Part shown: positions 56,947-64,000 of the stretch, piece after piece
How positions within the stretch are numbered: the first letter of the stretch is position 1
How the letters are laid out: every line of letters starts with the position of its first letter
Assembly (NCBI GenBank): GCA_030591565.1
Contig: JAUVAU010000005.1
Coordinates: 4,021-68,020 of the forward strand
Direction of reading: 5' to 3'
DNA: 64,000 nucleotides
Origin: Deltaproteobacteria bacterium
Lineage (GTDB): Bacteria > Desulfobacterota > Deferrisomatia > Deferrisomatales > BM512
Made by a program: the position numbers and the translations under genes
The notes under the pieces: generated by a model
Told to the model about the DNA's origin: nothing
Database searches by the model: none
What the model saw: only the letters and a program-made list of their open reading frames with translations

Positions 56947-59238
56947 TTGGGGCGTTACGACGTGGAAAACGATTTCACCATCAAGGATAGTTATTATCAG
57001 TGGACCGGCTACGTGGTCGGCTTCATGGAGCGCGTGCTGCGCCTCAATGTGAAGCTCCACGCCAGCGAGGCTGAGTTGGCCGCTGCCGACATCATCCTCT
57101 TCAACCACTTCGCCCGCTTCGAGACCTTCATCCCTCCCTACCTCATATATAAATCCACAGGCTGCATGACGCGCTCGGTGGCGTCCCCGGAGCTTTTTGA
57201 CGGCCCCGACGCTACGGCGGCGCTCTTGCGAGGCCTGGGCGCGGTGCCAGCCGACCATCCACATCTGCTGCCCTTCCTCGCCGGTGAGATTGTGCGGGGT
57301 CGCAAGGTCGTCTTCTTCCCCGAGGGGGGGATGGTCAAGGACCGGCGCGTGCTGGACCGCAAGGGTGAGTACAGTGTTTATTCGCGTAGCGCGGAGGAGC
57401 GGCGCAAACACCACACCGGCGCGGCGTTTCTCACCCACGGGCTTGAGTTTTTCAAGGAGGCGATACGCAAGGCCAGGGAGCGCGGCGACGAGGCGCGGCT
57501 AAATGGCTGGGCAAGTATGTGCGGCGAGGATGGGCGCGAGCTGCTGGACGCTTTTGCTCAGCGCACCATCTCACTGGTGCCCGCCAACATAACCTTTTAC
57601 CCCATCAGGGTTGACCCCAACCTGCTCGAACAGGCGATCTCGATGGTGGCGGGCAAGCTGGACCCCAGGCTGGCCGAAGAGCTGCGCATTGAGGGCAACA
57701 TCCTCCTCAAAGACACCGATATGGATATCCGGCTGGGCGAGCGATTGTCCGCCACCGAGTCGATAGGGACTCTGGACAAGCTCTTCATCGGCAGGTGGCT
57801 CAACCGGGCCGAGAGCCTGGACGATATCTTTGAGCCCAATATCGAAACCGGCTCGACGATGGAGACGATGTACGCCAAGGCGCTGAAAAAGGCCTCCTAT
57901 CGTCTGCGCGACACTTACATGCATGAGATATACACCTCGGTGAGCGTGAACCTGAGCCACATCATCTCGGCGGTCATCTTTCGCCTGTTGGATTGCGGCG
58001 TGCGCAAGCTGCCACGGGAAAAGTTCTTCAGGCTCGTCTACCTGACGCTCAAGAATGCCCAGGAGTTTACCCAGCTGCCCCTGCACCGAAGCGCTGTGGA
58101 CCCCGACTACTACAGCGGGGTGCTGCGCGGCGAGGGCAGGGAGGTTGGTGATTTTTTCGAGTCGGTGGGCAAGTTGGGGCTGGTGGAGGTGGGCGAGGAG
58201 ATTGTCTTTACCGATGCGCTGTGTCAGGAGCGAGCGTTCGACCGGATAAGGCTGGAAAACCCGATTGCGGTATACGATAACGAGATGCGCCCCCTGGGTG
58301 AGATTACCAAGGCGCTGGACAAGGCGTTCGAGGATGAGCCGGGGATCAAGCCTAAGACCCTGGCTGAGTTGAAGTTCCACGACGAGATTGAGGCTTTTGA
58401 CTTCGATACGTATATCTATGACAAGCCGGAGTATGCGGAGATCAACTCGCAGCAGACGATAACCGAGGACGCACGACCCTTCCTCATGATGTCGAAAAAG
58501 TCCACCAAGATGGGCAAGAAGGGGGTGCTGCTCATACATGGCTTCACCGCTTCCCCAGCCGAGATGCGCCCCCTTGGCGAGGTGCTGGCGGCCAAGGGGT
58601 ACACGGTGATGGGGGTGAGGCTGAAGGGGCACGCTACCTCGCCCTGGGATTTGCGGGACCATGGCTGGGAGGATTGGGTCGAGTCGGTGCGCCGTGGCAG
58701 GGAGATACTTGACCTTGTCTGCGAGCGCGTGGCAGTGGTGGGTTTTTCCATGGGCGGCTTGTTGGGACTGCACCATGCGGCGACCAGGGATGACTCGCTG
58801 GAGGGGATCGTCTCCGTCTCGGCCCCTCTGGCGCTAAAGGATAGGGCGATGATGGCGGTGCCTCTGCTCCACGGTGTGAACAGGCTGGTGGGTGCGGTGT
58901 CCACCCTGGACGGGGTCAAACCCTTCCATGAATCCGAGCCGGAGCATCCCAGGATCAACTACAGGCACATGCCGATCCGCGCACTCTATCAACTGGATCG
59001 TTTCATTTCCGAGACCGAGGATGTGCTTGGCGACGTGGCCTGCGAGGTGCTGGTGCTCCAGGGTACGGGGGATCCCACCGTGGAGCCAAAGAGCGCCGAC
59101 AAGATATATGAGAAGCTGGGGACGGAGAAGAAGACGCTGGTAAAGATACCCACCGAGCGCCACGGGATACTTTATGAGGATGTGGGTGGTGTGGTCGATC
59201 TCGTGACAGGTTTTATCGACAGGGTGCTGAAGGATTAA
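56947..59238 (+). CDS. fusion protein: PlsC-like acyltransferase domain + alpha/beta-hydrolase (lysophospholipase/esterase-like) domain
   Basis: Acyltransferase blocks 'LFNHFARFE' and 'VFFPEGGM'. C-terminal 'VLLIHGFTASPAEM' and nucleophile elbow 'GFSMGG'. TTG start; the start is uncertain. Confidence 0.7.
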   Translation: MGRYDVENDFTIKDSYYQWTGYVVGFMERVLRLNVKLHASEAELAAADIILFNHFARFETFIPPYLIYKSTGCMTRSVASPELFDGPDATAALLRGLGAVPADHPHLLPFLAGEIVRGRKVVFFPEGGMVKDRRVLDRKGEYSVYSRSAEERRKHHTGAAFLTHGLEFFKEAIRKARERGDEARLNGWASMCGEDGRELLDAFAQRTISLVPANITFYPIRVDPNLLEQAISMVAGKLDPRLAEELRIEGNILLKDTDMDIRLGERLSATESIGTLDKLFIGRWLNRAESLDDIFEPNIETGSTMETMYAKALKKASYRLRDTYMHEIYTSVSVNLSHIISAVIFRLLDCGVRKLPREKFFRLVYLTLKNAQEFTQLPLHRSAVDPDYYSGVLRGEGREVGDFFESVGKLGLVEVGEEIVFTDALCQERAFDRIRLENPIAVYDNEMRPLGEITKALDKAFEDEPGIKPKTLAELKFHDEIEAFDFDTYIYDKPEYAEINSQQTITEDARPFLMMSKKSTKMGKKGVLLIHGFTASPAEMRPLGEVLAAKGYTVMGVRLKGHATSPWDLRDHGWEDWVESVRRGREILDLVCERVAVVGFSMGGLLGLHHAATRDDSLEGIVSVSAPLALKDRAMMAVPLLHGVNRLVGAVSTLDGVKPFHESEPEHPRINYRHMPIRALYQLDRFISETEDVLGDVACEVLVLQGTGDPTVEPKSADKIYEKLGTEKKTLVKIPTERHGILYEDVGGVVDLVTGFIDRVLKD

Positions 59239-59256
59239 CGAATGAAGGGTTTATAA

Positions 59257-59631
59257 ATGAAGATCAGGGCCACCATCGGCGCGGTTCGGCTGCGGGGTGA
59301 GTTATACGACGGTCCCGCTGCACGTGCGCTGGCGATGCTGCTGCCGGTAAAGGTGAAGGTGACGCGCTGGGGCGAGGAATACTATGGAACGATTTTGCCG
59401 CCCCTGGGGGAGTTCACCACCGAGATGCGCGAAGAGATGGCCGTGGGCGATCTGGCCTATTGGGAGCCGGGGGATGCGCTCTGTCTTTTTTTCGGACCGA
59501 CACCGGCTAGTATAGATGGGGAGCCAAGGGCGGCTTCGCCTGTCCATCTGCTGGGTAATGTGGTGGGTGACTGGGAAAAGGTCACTCTTCTGGGCCAGGA
59601 GAGCTATCTTGAACTGGATGAAGAGGAGTAG
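59257..59631 (+). CDS. cyclophilin-like fold (TM1367-type) small protein
   Basis: 124 aa; 'LYDGPAARALAMLLP...WGEEYY...GDLAYWEPGDALCLFFGPTP'. Confidence 0.65.
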   Translation: MKIRATIGAVRLRGELYDGPAARALAMLLPVKVKVTRWGEEYYGTILPPLGEFTTEMREEMAVGDLAYWEPGDALCLFFGPTPASIDGEPRAASPVHLLGNVVGDWEKVTLLGQESYLELDEEE

Positions 59632-59637
59632 CGGACT

Positions 59638-60918
59638 ATGCAGCTGAGCGACTTCGTGAACGTAGCTGGCGCAACCGACCCGCTGCTGGCGGCGGGGATA
59701 ATGATGTTGTGGGGGGTCTGCTGCGCTACCATGGCCGAGAGGCTGGGTGCGCCCCGGGTGACCGGCTATCTGGTTGCGGGCATCGCGATGGCCCCCTCGG
59801 TCAATGGAGGCATTACAAGTGGGTTTCTCGACTTGGTGCCGGGGTATCTGGATGAATGCGCCCTGGGCATAATCTCCTTCGCCATAGGTGGAACCCTGAA
59901 TCTGGGCCGCATAAGGAAATTGGGCAGACATATAGCCTGGATAACCCTCTTCCAGGGTACCGGCGCCTTCCTTCTCACCACCATGGTCATCTCTCTATTC
60001 TTCGCCATAACCATGGACGCTACACCCAAAGAGTGGATGAGCGTCTATCTGCCGGTGGCGCTGCTTGTGGGCGCGATATCGGCTGCGACCGCCCCGGCGG
60101 CGACGATGGCGATAATACATGAGTGCGGCGCGAAGGGTGCATTTACCACCATCCTTTTGGGTGTCGTGGCCCTTGACGATGCGCTCTCCATCATCTTCTT
60201 CTCCCTGCTCCTCGGCATGGTCAAGATATTCGTACATGGACAATCCTTCTCCTGGGAGGGTGCGGTCATTCAGCCCTTCATTCATGTGGTTATATCGGTG
60301 GCGATAGGGCTTGTAGTCGGCGTGCTCCTGCACTTTTTGATGAGGATAAAGCACAACCGCGAGATTCACCTGGCCATGTCGCTTGGCGCGACCTTCATCG
60401 CCCTGGGGCTGGCCGTCCTCCTGGATGGTTCGCTGCTTCTCGCCTGCATGGCGCTGGGTTTTTACACGACCAGCTTCGTAAAGAACTCGGAGCAGCTGTT
60501 CGACAGTGTGGAACGCGCTGAAGAGGCGGTCTTTGCGCTCTTTTTCGTCCACGCGGGGATGTACTTCGATCTGGCTCACCTGGCGGAGGCGGGTGCGCTG
60601 GCGCTGGTGATAATGTTGGGACGGTTCTCCGGCAAGTTGAGTGGTTCATGGTTGGGGGCTACGGTTTCGGGTGCTCCCGCCCCGGTGCGGCGCTATCTGG
60701 GGATGGGGCTTTTGCCCAAAGCCGGTGTGACGGTGGGGCTGGTGATGATAGCCAGGGGTATATTCGAGGGCAATCCCGTGGCGGATATCATGGTCAGCGC
60801 GGTGCTGACTTCAGTGGTGCTAAATGAGCTGATAGCTCCGTTCATGGTGCGCTACGCTCTTGCAAAAGCGAACGAAGCAGGTAGTTGCAATGGCTTGGAA
60901 GAGCAAACAGAGGCATGA
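59638..60918 (+). CDS. cation:proton antiporter (Na+/H+ exchanger family)
   Basis: 426-aa polytopic membrane protein; 'GYLVAGIAMAPS' N-terminal helix and 'ALDDALSIIFFSL' are typical of the CPA family. Confidence 0.78.
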   Translation: MQLSDFVNVAGATDPLLAAGIMMLWGVCCATMAERLGAPRVTGYLVAGIAMAPSVNGGITSGFLDLVPGYLDECALGIISFAIGGTLNLGRIRKLGRHIAWITLFQGTGAFLLTTMVISLFFAITMDATPKEWMSVYLPVALLVGAISAATAPAATMAIIHECGAKGAFTTILLGVVALDDALSIIFFSLLLGMVKIFVHGQSFSWEGAVIQPFIHVVISVAIGLVVGVLLHFLMRIKHNREIHLAMSLGATFIALGLAVLLDGSLLLACMALGFYTTSFVKNSEQLFDSVERAEEAVFALFFVHAGMYFDLAHLAEAGALALVIMLGRFSGKLSGSWLGATVSGAPAPVRRYLGMGLLPKAGVTVGLVMIARGIFEGNPVADIMVSAVLTSVVLNELIAPFMVRYALAKANEAGSCNGLEEQTEA

Positions 60919-61150
60919 CGACGCACGCCTCCTGCACGAAACCAGCGTCACCACCAGCGCTCAATCGCTAGCCGTATTGTTCATACTGTCGTCGCTCAAT
61001 CGCTTGATGGGTTCCTTGGGTTCGCACAGGATGCTGTGTCGGGGGCCGACGCACGCCTCTCGTCCAAATACTGCGTCGGGCGACTGCGCCGGAAAATGCT
61101 AAAGTTAAAATTACCCAAATTGGGGCAATTTCGGTGTAAATCAGCCCAAT

Positions 61151-62299
61151 TTACTGTGTTTTCATCTTCACTTTGGTTTTTTTCCTCAGGACAAGGAACT
61201 CTTCGACCACCTCGCCCACCCCAACCATTGCTTCCTCCGATTCGGGGGGCAGCGACGCGGCTTTGTCCAGTTTCGCCATGATCTCCTTGGCCTCCTCCTC
61301 CCCTGGTTTTTTGAAAAAGCCCCAGGCGCTCTTGCCCAGCGCATTCCTGACAAGCTCGATTGCCTTGGTGGTTTCGCCATCGGAGAGGATGAACCCCGCC
61401 TTGGCGATCATCGCCATGGGCAGGTTGGGGTCAAGCTCAAGCGCCTTGTCCACCGACCCTCCAGCGGATTTGAAGTCCTCTTCCGTCATTTTTTTCAAAG
61501 AGAGGAGGATCATGGCGCGAAGCACGTGGGCATCGGGGAAGTTGGGATCATCCTTGATGACCTTATTGATTTTTTTGAGGCCCTTGGTGGCGCGGCCACG
61601 CTGGGTGAGCTTGAGGGAGATGGCGAACCCGCGCGTTTGGGGTTTGGCGGCGTGGTAGCGGGTGGGGGCGGTCTCCTCGGAGACCTCTTCCTTGAAGATT
61701 CCCAACCCCTTTTCAACCTCTTTGGTAAAGGTCGGCTCGAAGGAGGTGGGTGCGCCCGCGGTGAAGTAGAGCTGCTCAAGCCCGGCGTTGAGCAGGGCGA
61801 TGGAGGGCAGTGCTTTAATCGACCAGGCGCTGAAAGTGGCAAGCCCCGCGTCCAGCGCCACGGTGTAGTTTATTTCAACCTTGGTGAGGTAATCGGCGAG
61901 GGTCGTGGCGAAGCCGGCCGGGGGCTCTTCCGATTCCGCGTTGATCGCTATGATATCGAAACCCTTGTCGCCATACTTTTCTTTTGTCTTTGCCAGGATG
62001 GAGAGGACCTTCTCGGACTTGGGACTCCAGGTGGCGAAGAAGACAACGGCGGTGAGGGTTTGGCCCTTGCGCGATTGCAGGTCGAAGGTCTCCCCGGTGG
62101 TTGTCGTCAGCGCGAACGTGGGAACCTTCTCAAGCGGGGGTTGCTCCTCGACCTTCGCCTCCGGTGCGGTTGCCTCTGCGGCAGTGGCCTTGGGCGCTTC
62201 AGGTGATTTTTCTCCAGTAGCTGCGGCTAAAACCGGAGCGGTGGAAACGCACACGAGAAGGCAGGATAAAACAGACCATGAAACTATGGATTTGCGCAT
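61151..62299 (-). CDS. secreted thioredoxin-fold (redoxin-like, Cys-less active site) + TPR protein
   Basis: ATG 62299 (AAAGGTG RBS; track start 62308). Signal peptide. 'AVVFFATWSPKSEKVL' occupies the CxxC position without Cys. C-terminal TPR-like repeats. Confidence 0.65.
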   Translation of the reverse strand: MRKSIVSWSVLSCLLVCVSTAPVLAAATGEKSPEAPKATAAEATAPEAKVEEQPPLEKVPTFALTTTTGETFDLQSRKGQTLTAVVFFATWSPKSEKVLSILAKTKEKYGDKGFDIIAINAESEEPPAGFATTLADYLTKVEINYTVALDAGLATFSAWSIKALPSIALLNAGLEQLYFTAGAPTSFEPTFTKEVEKGLGIFKEEVSEETAPTRYHAAKPQTRGFAISLKLTQRGRATKGLKKINKVIKDDPNFPDAHVLRAMILLSLKKMTEEDFKSAGGSVDKALELDPNLPMAMIAKAGFILSDGETTKAIELVRNALGKSAWGFFKKPGEEEAKEIMAKLDKAASLPPESEEAMVGVGEVVEEFLVLRKKTKVKMKTQ

Positions 62300-62538
62300 A
62301 AAAAGCACCTTTTAGCCGAGTTTTATGTTCAAGTATGAAAAAGGTCAACTTTGGCATCGTAACGGCATTTGTTTACCTAGTTCCAGCATTATCTTGAGCC
62401 TTTGATGTGAGGAACCTTTATCAGGTAACATACCCAGGACAGCTTAGCTTTCTTTTCTGTGTATCTTCTGAGTGTTGCCGGTGATTGGAAAAAAATTGCC
62501 GAAACCATTTTGCAGCGGGTGTTCAGGGGGTAAAAAAC

Positions 62539-62568
62539 TTGACCCCGACGACGTTGCCCGCGTATGTT
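62539..62568 (+). promoter_or_regulatory. possible sigma-70 promoter for hemY
   Basis: TTGACC (62539-62544), 18-nt spacer, TATGTT (62563-62568). Confidence 0.3.
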
Positions 62569-62605
62569 TTGCGGCGTAAAACCGGTATCGAATATGGAAA
62601 GGCGG

Positions 62606-64000
62606 ATGATGAGCGGTAGCGACAGTGTAAAGACCGTGGTCGTGATAGGCGGGGGACTCTCCGGCCTGTCGGCTGCGAATGCGATAAACGAGACGGCAAA
62701 CAGGGTCGGTTTCCCGATCAGGACGATCCTTCTGGAGCGCGATAGCTGGCTGGGCGGCAAGATTCGCTCGGTCGAGGGTGACGGCTATCTGTGCGAAACC
62801 GGCCCCAACGGTTTCCTGGACAACAAGCCCTCAACCATGGCTCTGGTCAACCGGCTGGGCGTGGCGGAGCGGCTCTACAAATCCGACGACAATGCGCGTA
62901 AGCGCTACGTCTTCAGTGATGGAAAACTCCAGCGCATCCCCGAAGACCCCCTGAGCTTTCTGACCAGCGAGCTGATCTCAATACGCGGAAAACTCAGGCT
63001 GGGCATGGAGTTTCTCCTTCCCCAGGGCGACCCAAACAAGGACGAGAGCGTTGCCGAGTTCGTCACCAGGCGGCTTGGAGCCGAGGCGCTGGATAAGCTG
63101 ATCGACCCCATGAGCGCGGGCATCTACGCTGGCGATCCCAACGTGATGAGCCTCAAAAGCTGCTTCCCCAAGGTGGCGATGATCGAGCAGCAGTTTGGCG
63201 GACTCCTTCGCGGCATGCTTGAGATGCAGAAGATGGCCAAGGCCAGAGGGGTCGAGGGACCCCAGAACGCGGGACCGAGCGGTGTGCTGTGGAGCTTCAA
63301 GAAGGGCACAGGGGAGATCTGCGACATCCTGGCTGATCGGATCGGCAAAGAGAACGTCCGCTCCGGCGTCGAGGCGACCTCATTGACGCGAACTGAAAGT
63401 GGCTGGACGGTGGAGTGCTCCGATGGTGAAAAGATTGAAGCCGCCTCGGTCGTGATGGCGACGCCCGCCTACGATGGGGCGAAGCTCCTTCAACCCCACG
63501 CCAAAACGGCCTCGGCGATTATGGAAAACATCCCTTACGTGCCCACGGCAATGGCTTGTCTGGGCTATGAGAGGGGAGATATAGAACATCCCCTGGATGG
63601 GTTCGGTTTCCTCATCCCCGGCAAAGAGGGTCGCAAGATTCTCGGCTCGCTGTGGAGCTCTTCGATCTTCCCCAACCGCGCGCCGGAGGGCAAGGTGATG
63701 TTCACGCTGATAATCGGCGGAGCGCGCAGCCCCGAGCTGGTCCATCTGGACGATGAGGCGCTTATGGGTGTCTGTTGCGACGAGATGGATATAACCCTCG
63801 GCATCAAGGCCATGCCCACCTTTAATAAGATCACGCGCTGGGACCGCGCCATTCCCCAGTATGTGGTCGGGCATGGCGCAAGGGTGGCGCAGGTGGAGGC
63901 CGAGCTAAAGGAGGTCGGCGCCATACATCTCGGCGGCAACGCCTATTACGGAATTGGAATCAACGATTGTACGGCCAGGGCGGATACGCTGGCTCCCGAG
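62606..64000 (+). CDS. hemY: protoporphyrinogen/coproporphyrinogen oxidase (HemY-type), 3'-truncated by window end
   Basis: My own translation (this ORF is not in the track): 'MMSGSDSVKTVVVIGGGLSGLSAANA...ETGPNGFLD...' FAD-binding N-terminus, and 'GGNAYYGIGINDC' near the end. Open frame runs to position 64000. ATG 62594 is an alternative start. Confidence 0.85.
   Translation, partial: MMSGSDSVKTVVVIGGGLSGLSAANAINETANRVGFPIRTILLERDSWLGGKIRSVEGDGYLCETGPNGFLDNKPSTMALVNRLGVAERLYKSDDNARKRYVFSDGKLQRIPEDPLSFLTSELISIRGKLRLGMEFLLPQGDPNKDESVAEFVTRRLGAEALDKLIDPMSAGIYAGDPNVMSLKSCFPKVAMIEQQFGGLLRGMLEMQKMAKARGVEGPQNAGPSGVLWSFKKGTGEICDILADRIGKENVRSGVEATSLTRTESGWTVECSDGEKIEAASVVMATPAYDGAKLLQPHAKTASAIMENIPYVPTAMACLGYERGDIEHPLDGFGFLIPGKEGRKILGSLWSSSIFPNRAPEGKVMFTLIIGGARSPELVHLDDEALMGVCCDEMDITLGIKAMPTFNKITRWDRAIPQYVVGHGARVAQVEAELKEVGAIHLGGNAYYGIGINDCTARADTLAPE

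Noticed and set aside
62389-62760. A 123-aa minus-strand ORF spanning the hemY promoter and start. The 74-aa ORFs at 43614-43838 (-) and 23243-23467 (-) are similar cases.
   Set aside because: They have no RBS and no recognisable motifs. They overlap a well-supported gene start or sit in intergenic regions bearing repeats or promoters, so they are probably spurious.

Overview
A 64-kb bacterial chromosomal window, roughly 60% GC by eye, with dense, mostly operonic coding. Gene content (eukaryotic-like Ser/Thr kinase, Roadblock/LC7, PATAN/DUF4388 regulators, Rhs, MopE-type Cys/Asp motif) suggests a Deltaproteobacteria-like organism (Desulfobacterota or Myxococcota); this is inference only.

Core blocks:
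- glyA, dCMP deaminase, nrdR, ribD-ribE-ribBA-ribH, nusB (39-6156)
- ctp, a yibQ-like gene, serS, tRNA-Ser(UGA) (10.6-14.8 kb)
- a long minus-strand operon: phoH, PBP1A, pabB, pabC, DUF362, hydantoinase-like, HDAC-like (41.6 to 32.1 kb)
- an ArsR-controlled thiol-redox/permease cluster, tkt, and a partial hemY at the window end

Accessory or unusual regions:
1. A mosaic, integrase-less island directly 3' of tRNA-Ser (14.8-23.4 kb). It carries a glycine-rich RTX-like protein, a TacA/TacT-type toxin-antitoxin pair, an FAD oxidoreductase and an AT-rich type IIG restriction-modification fusion. It is bracketed and subdivided by two unrelated repeat families; one contains tRNA-3'-end scars and supplies the Shine-Dalgarno (SD) sequence and start codon of the oxidoreductase.
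2. An eight-gene signalling operon (23.5-30.8 kb): two Roadblock/LC7 proteins, a ParA/MinD-type ATPase, two REC-PATAN regulators, a PAS kinase, an HD-GYP protein and a di-iron MBL (ODP/flavodiiron-like) protein.
3. An orphan Rhs C-terminal toxin with a candidate immunity gene, next to a truncated RAYT transposase and REP-like repeats (41.6-43.6 kb).
4. An envelope operon of two DUF4384 proteins, TlpA, an LPP20-like protein and a transmembrane Ser/Thr kinase (45.2-50.2 kb).

No rRNA, CRISPR array, integrase or reverse transcriptase was recognised. All family assignments come from reading motifs in the supplied translations; no database search was run.
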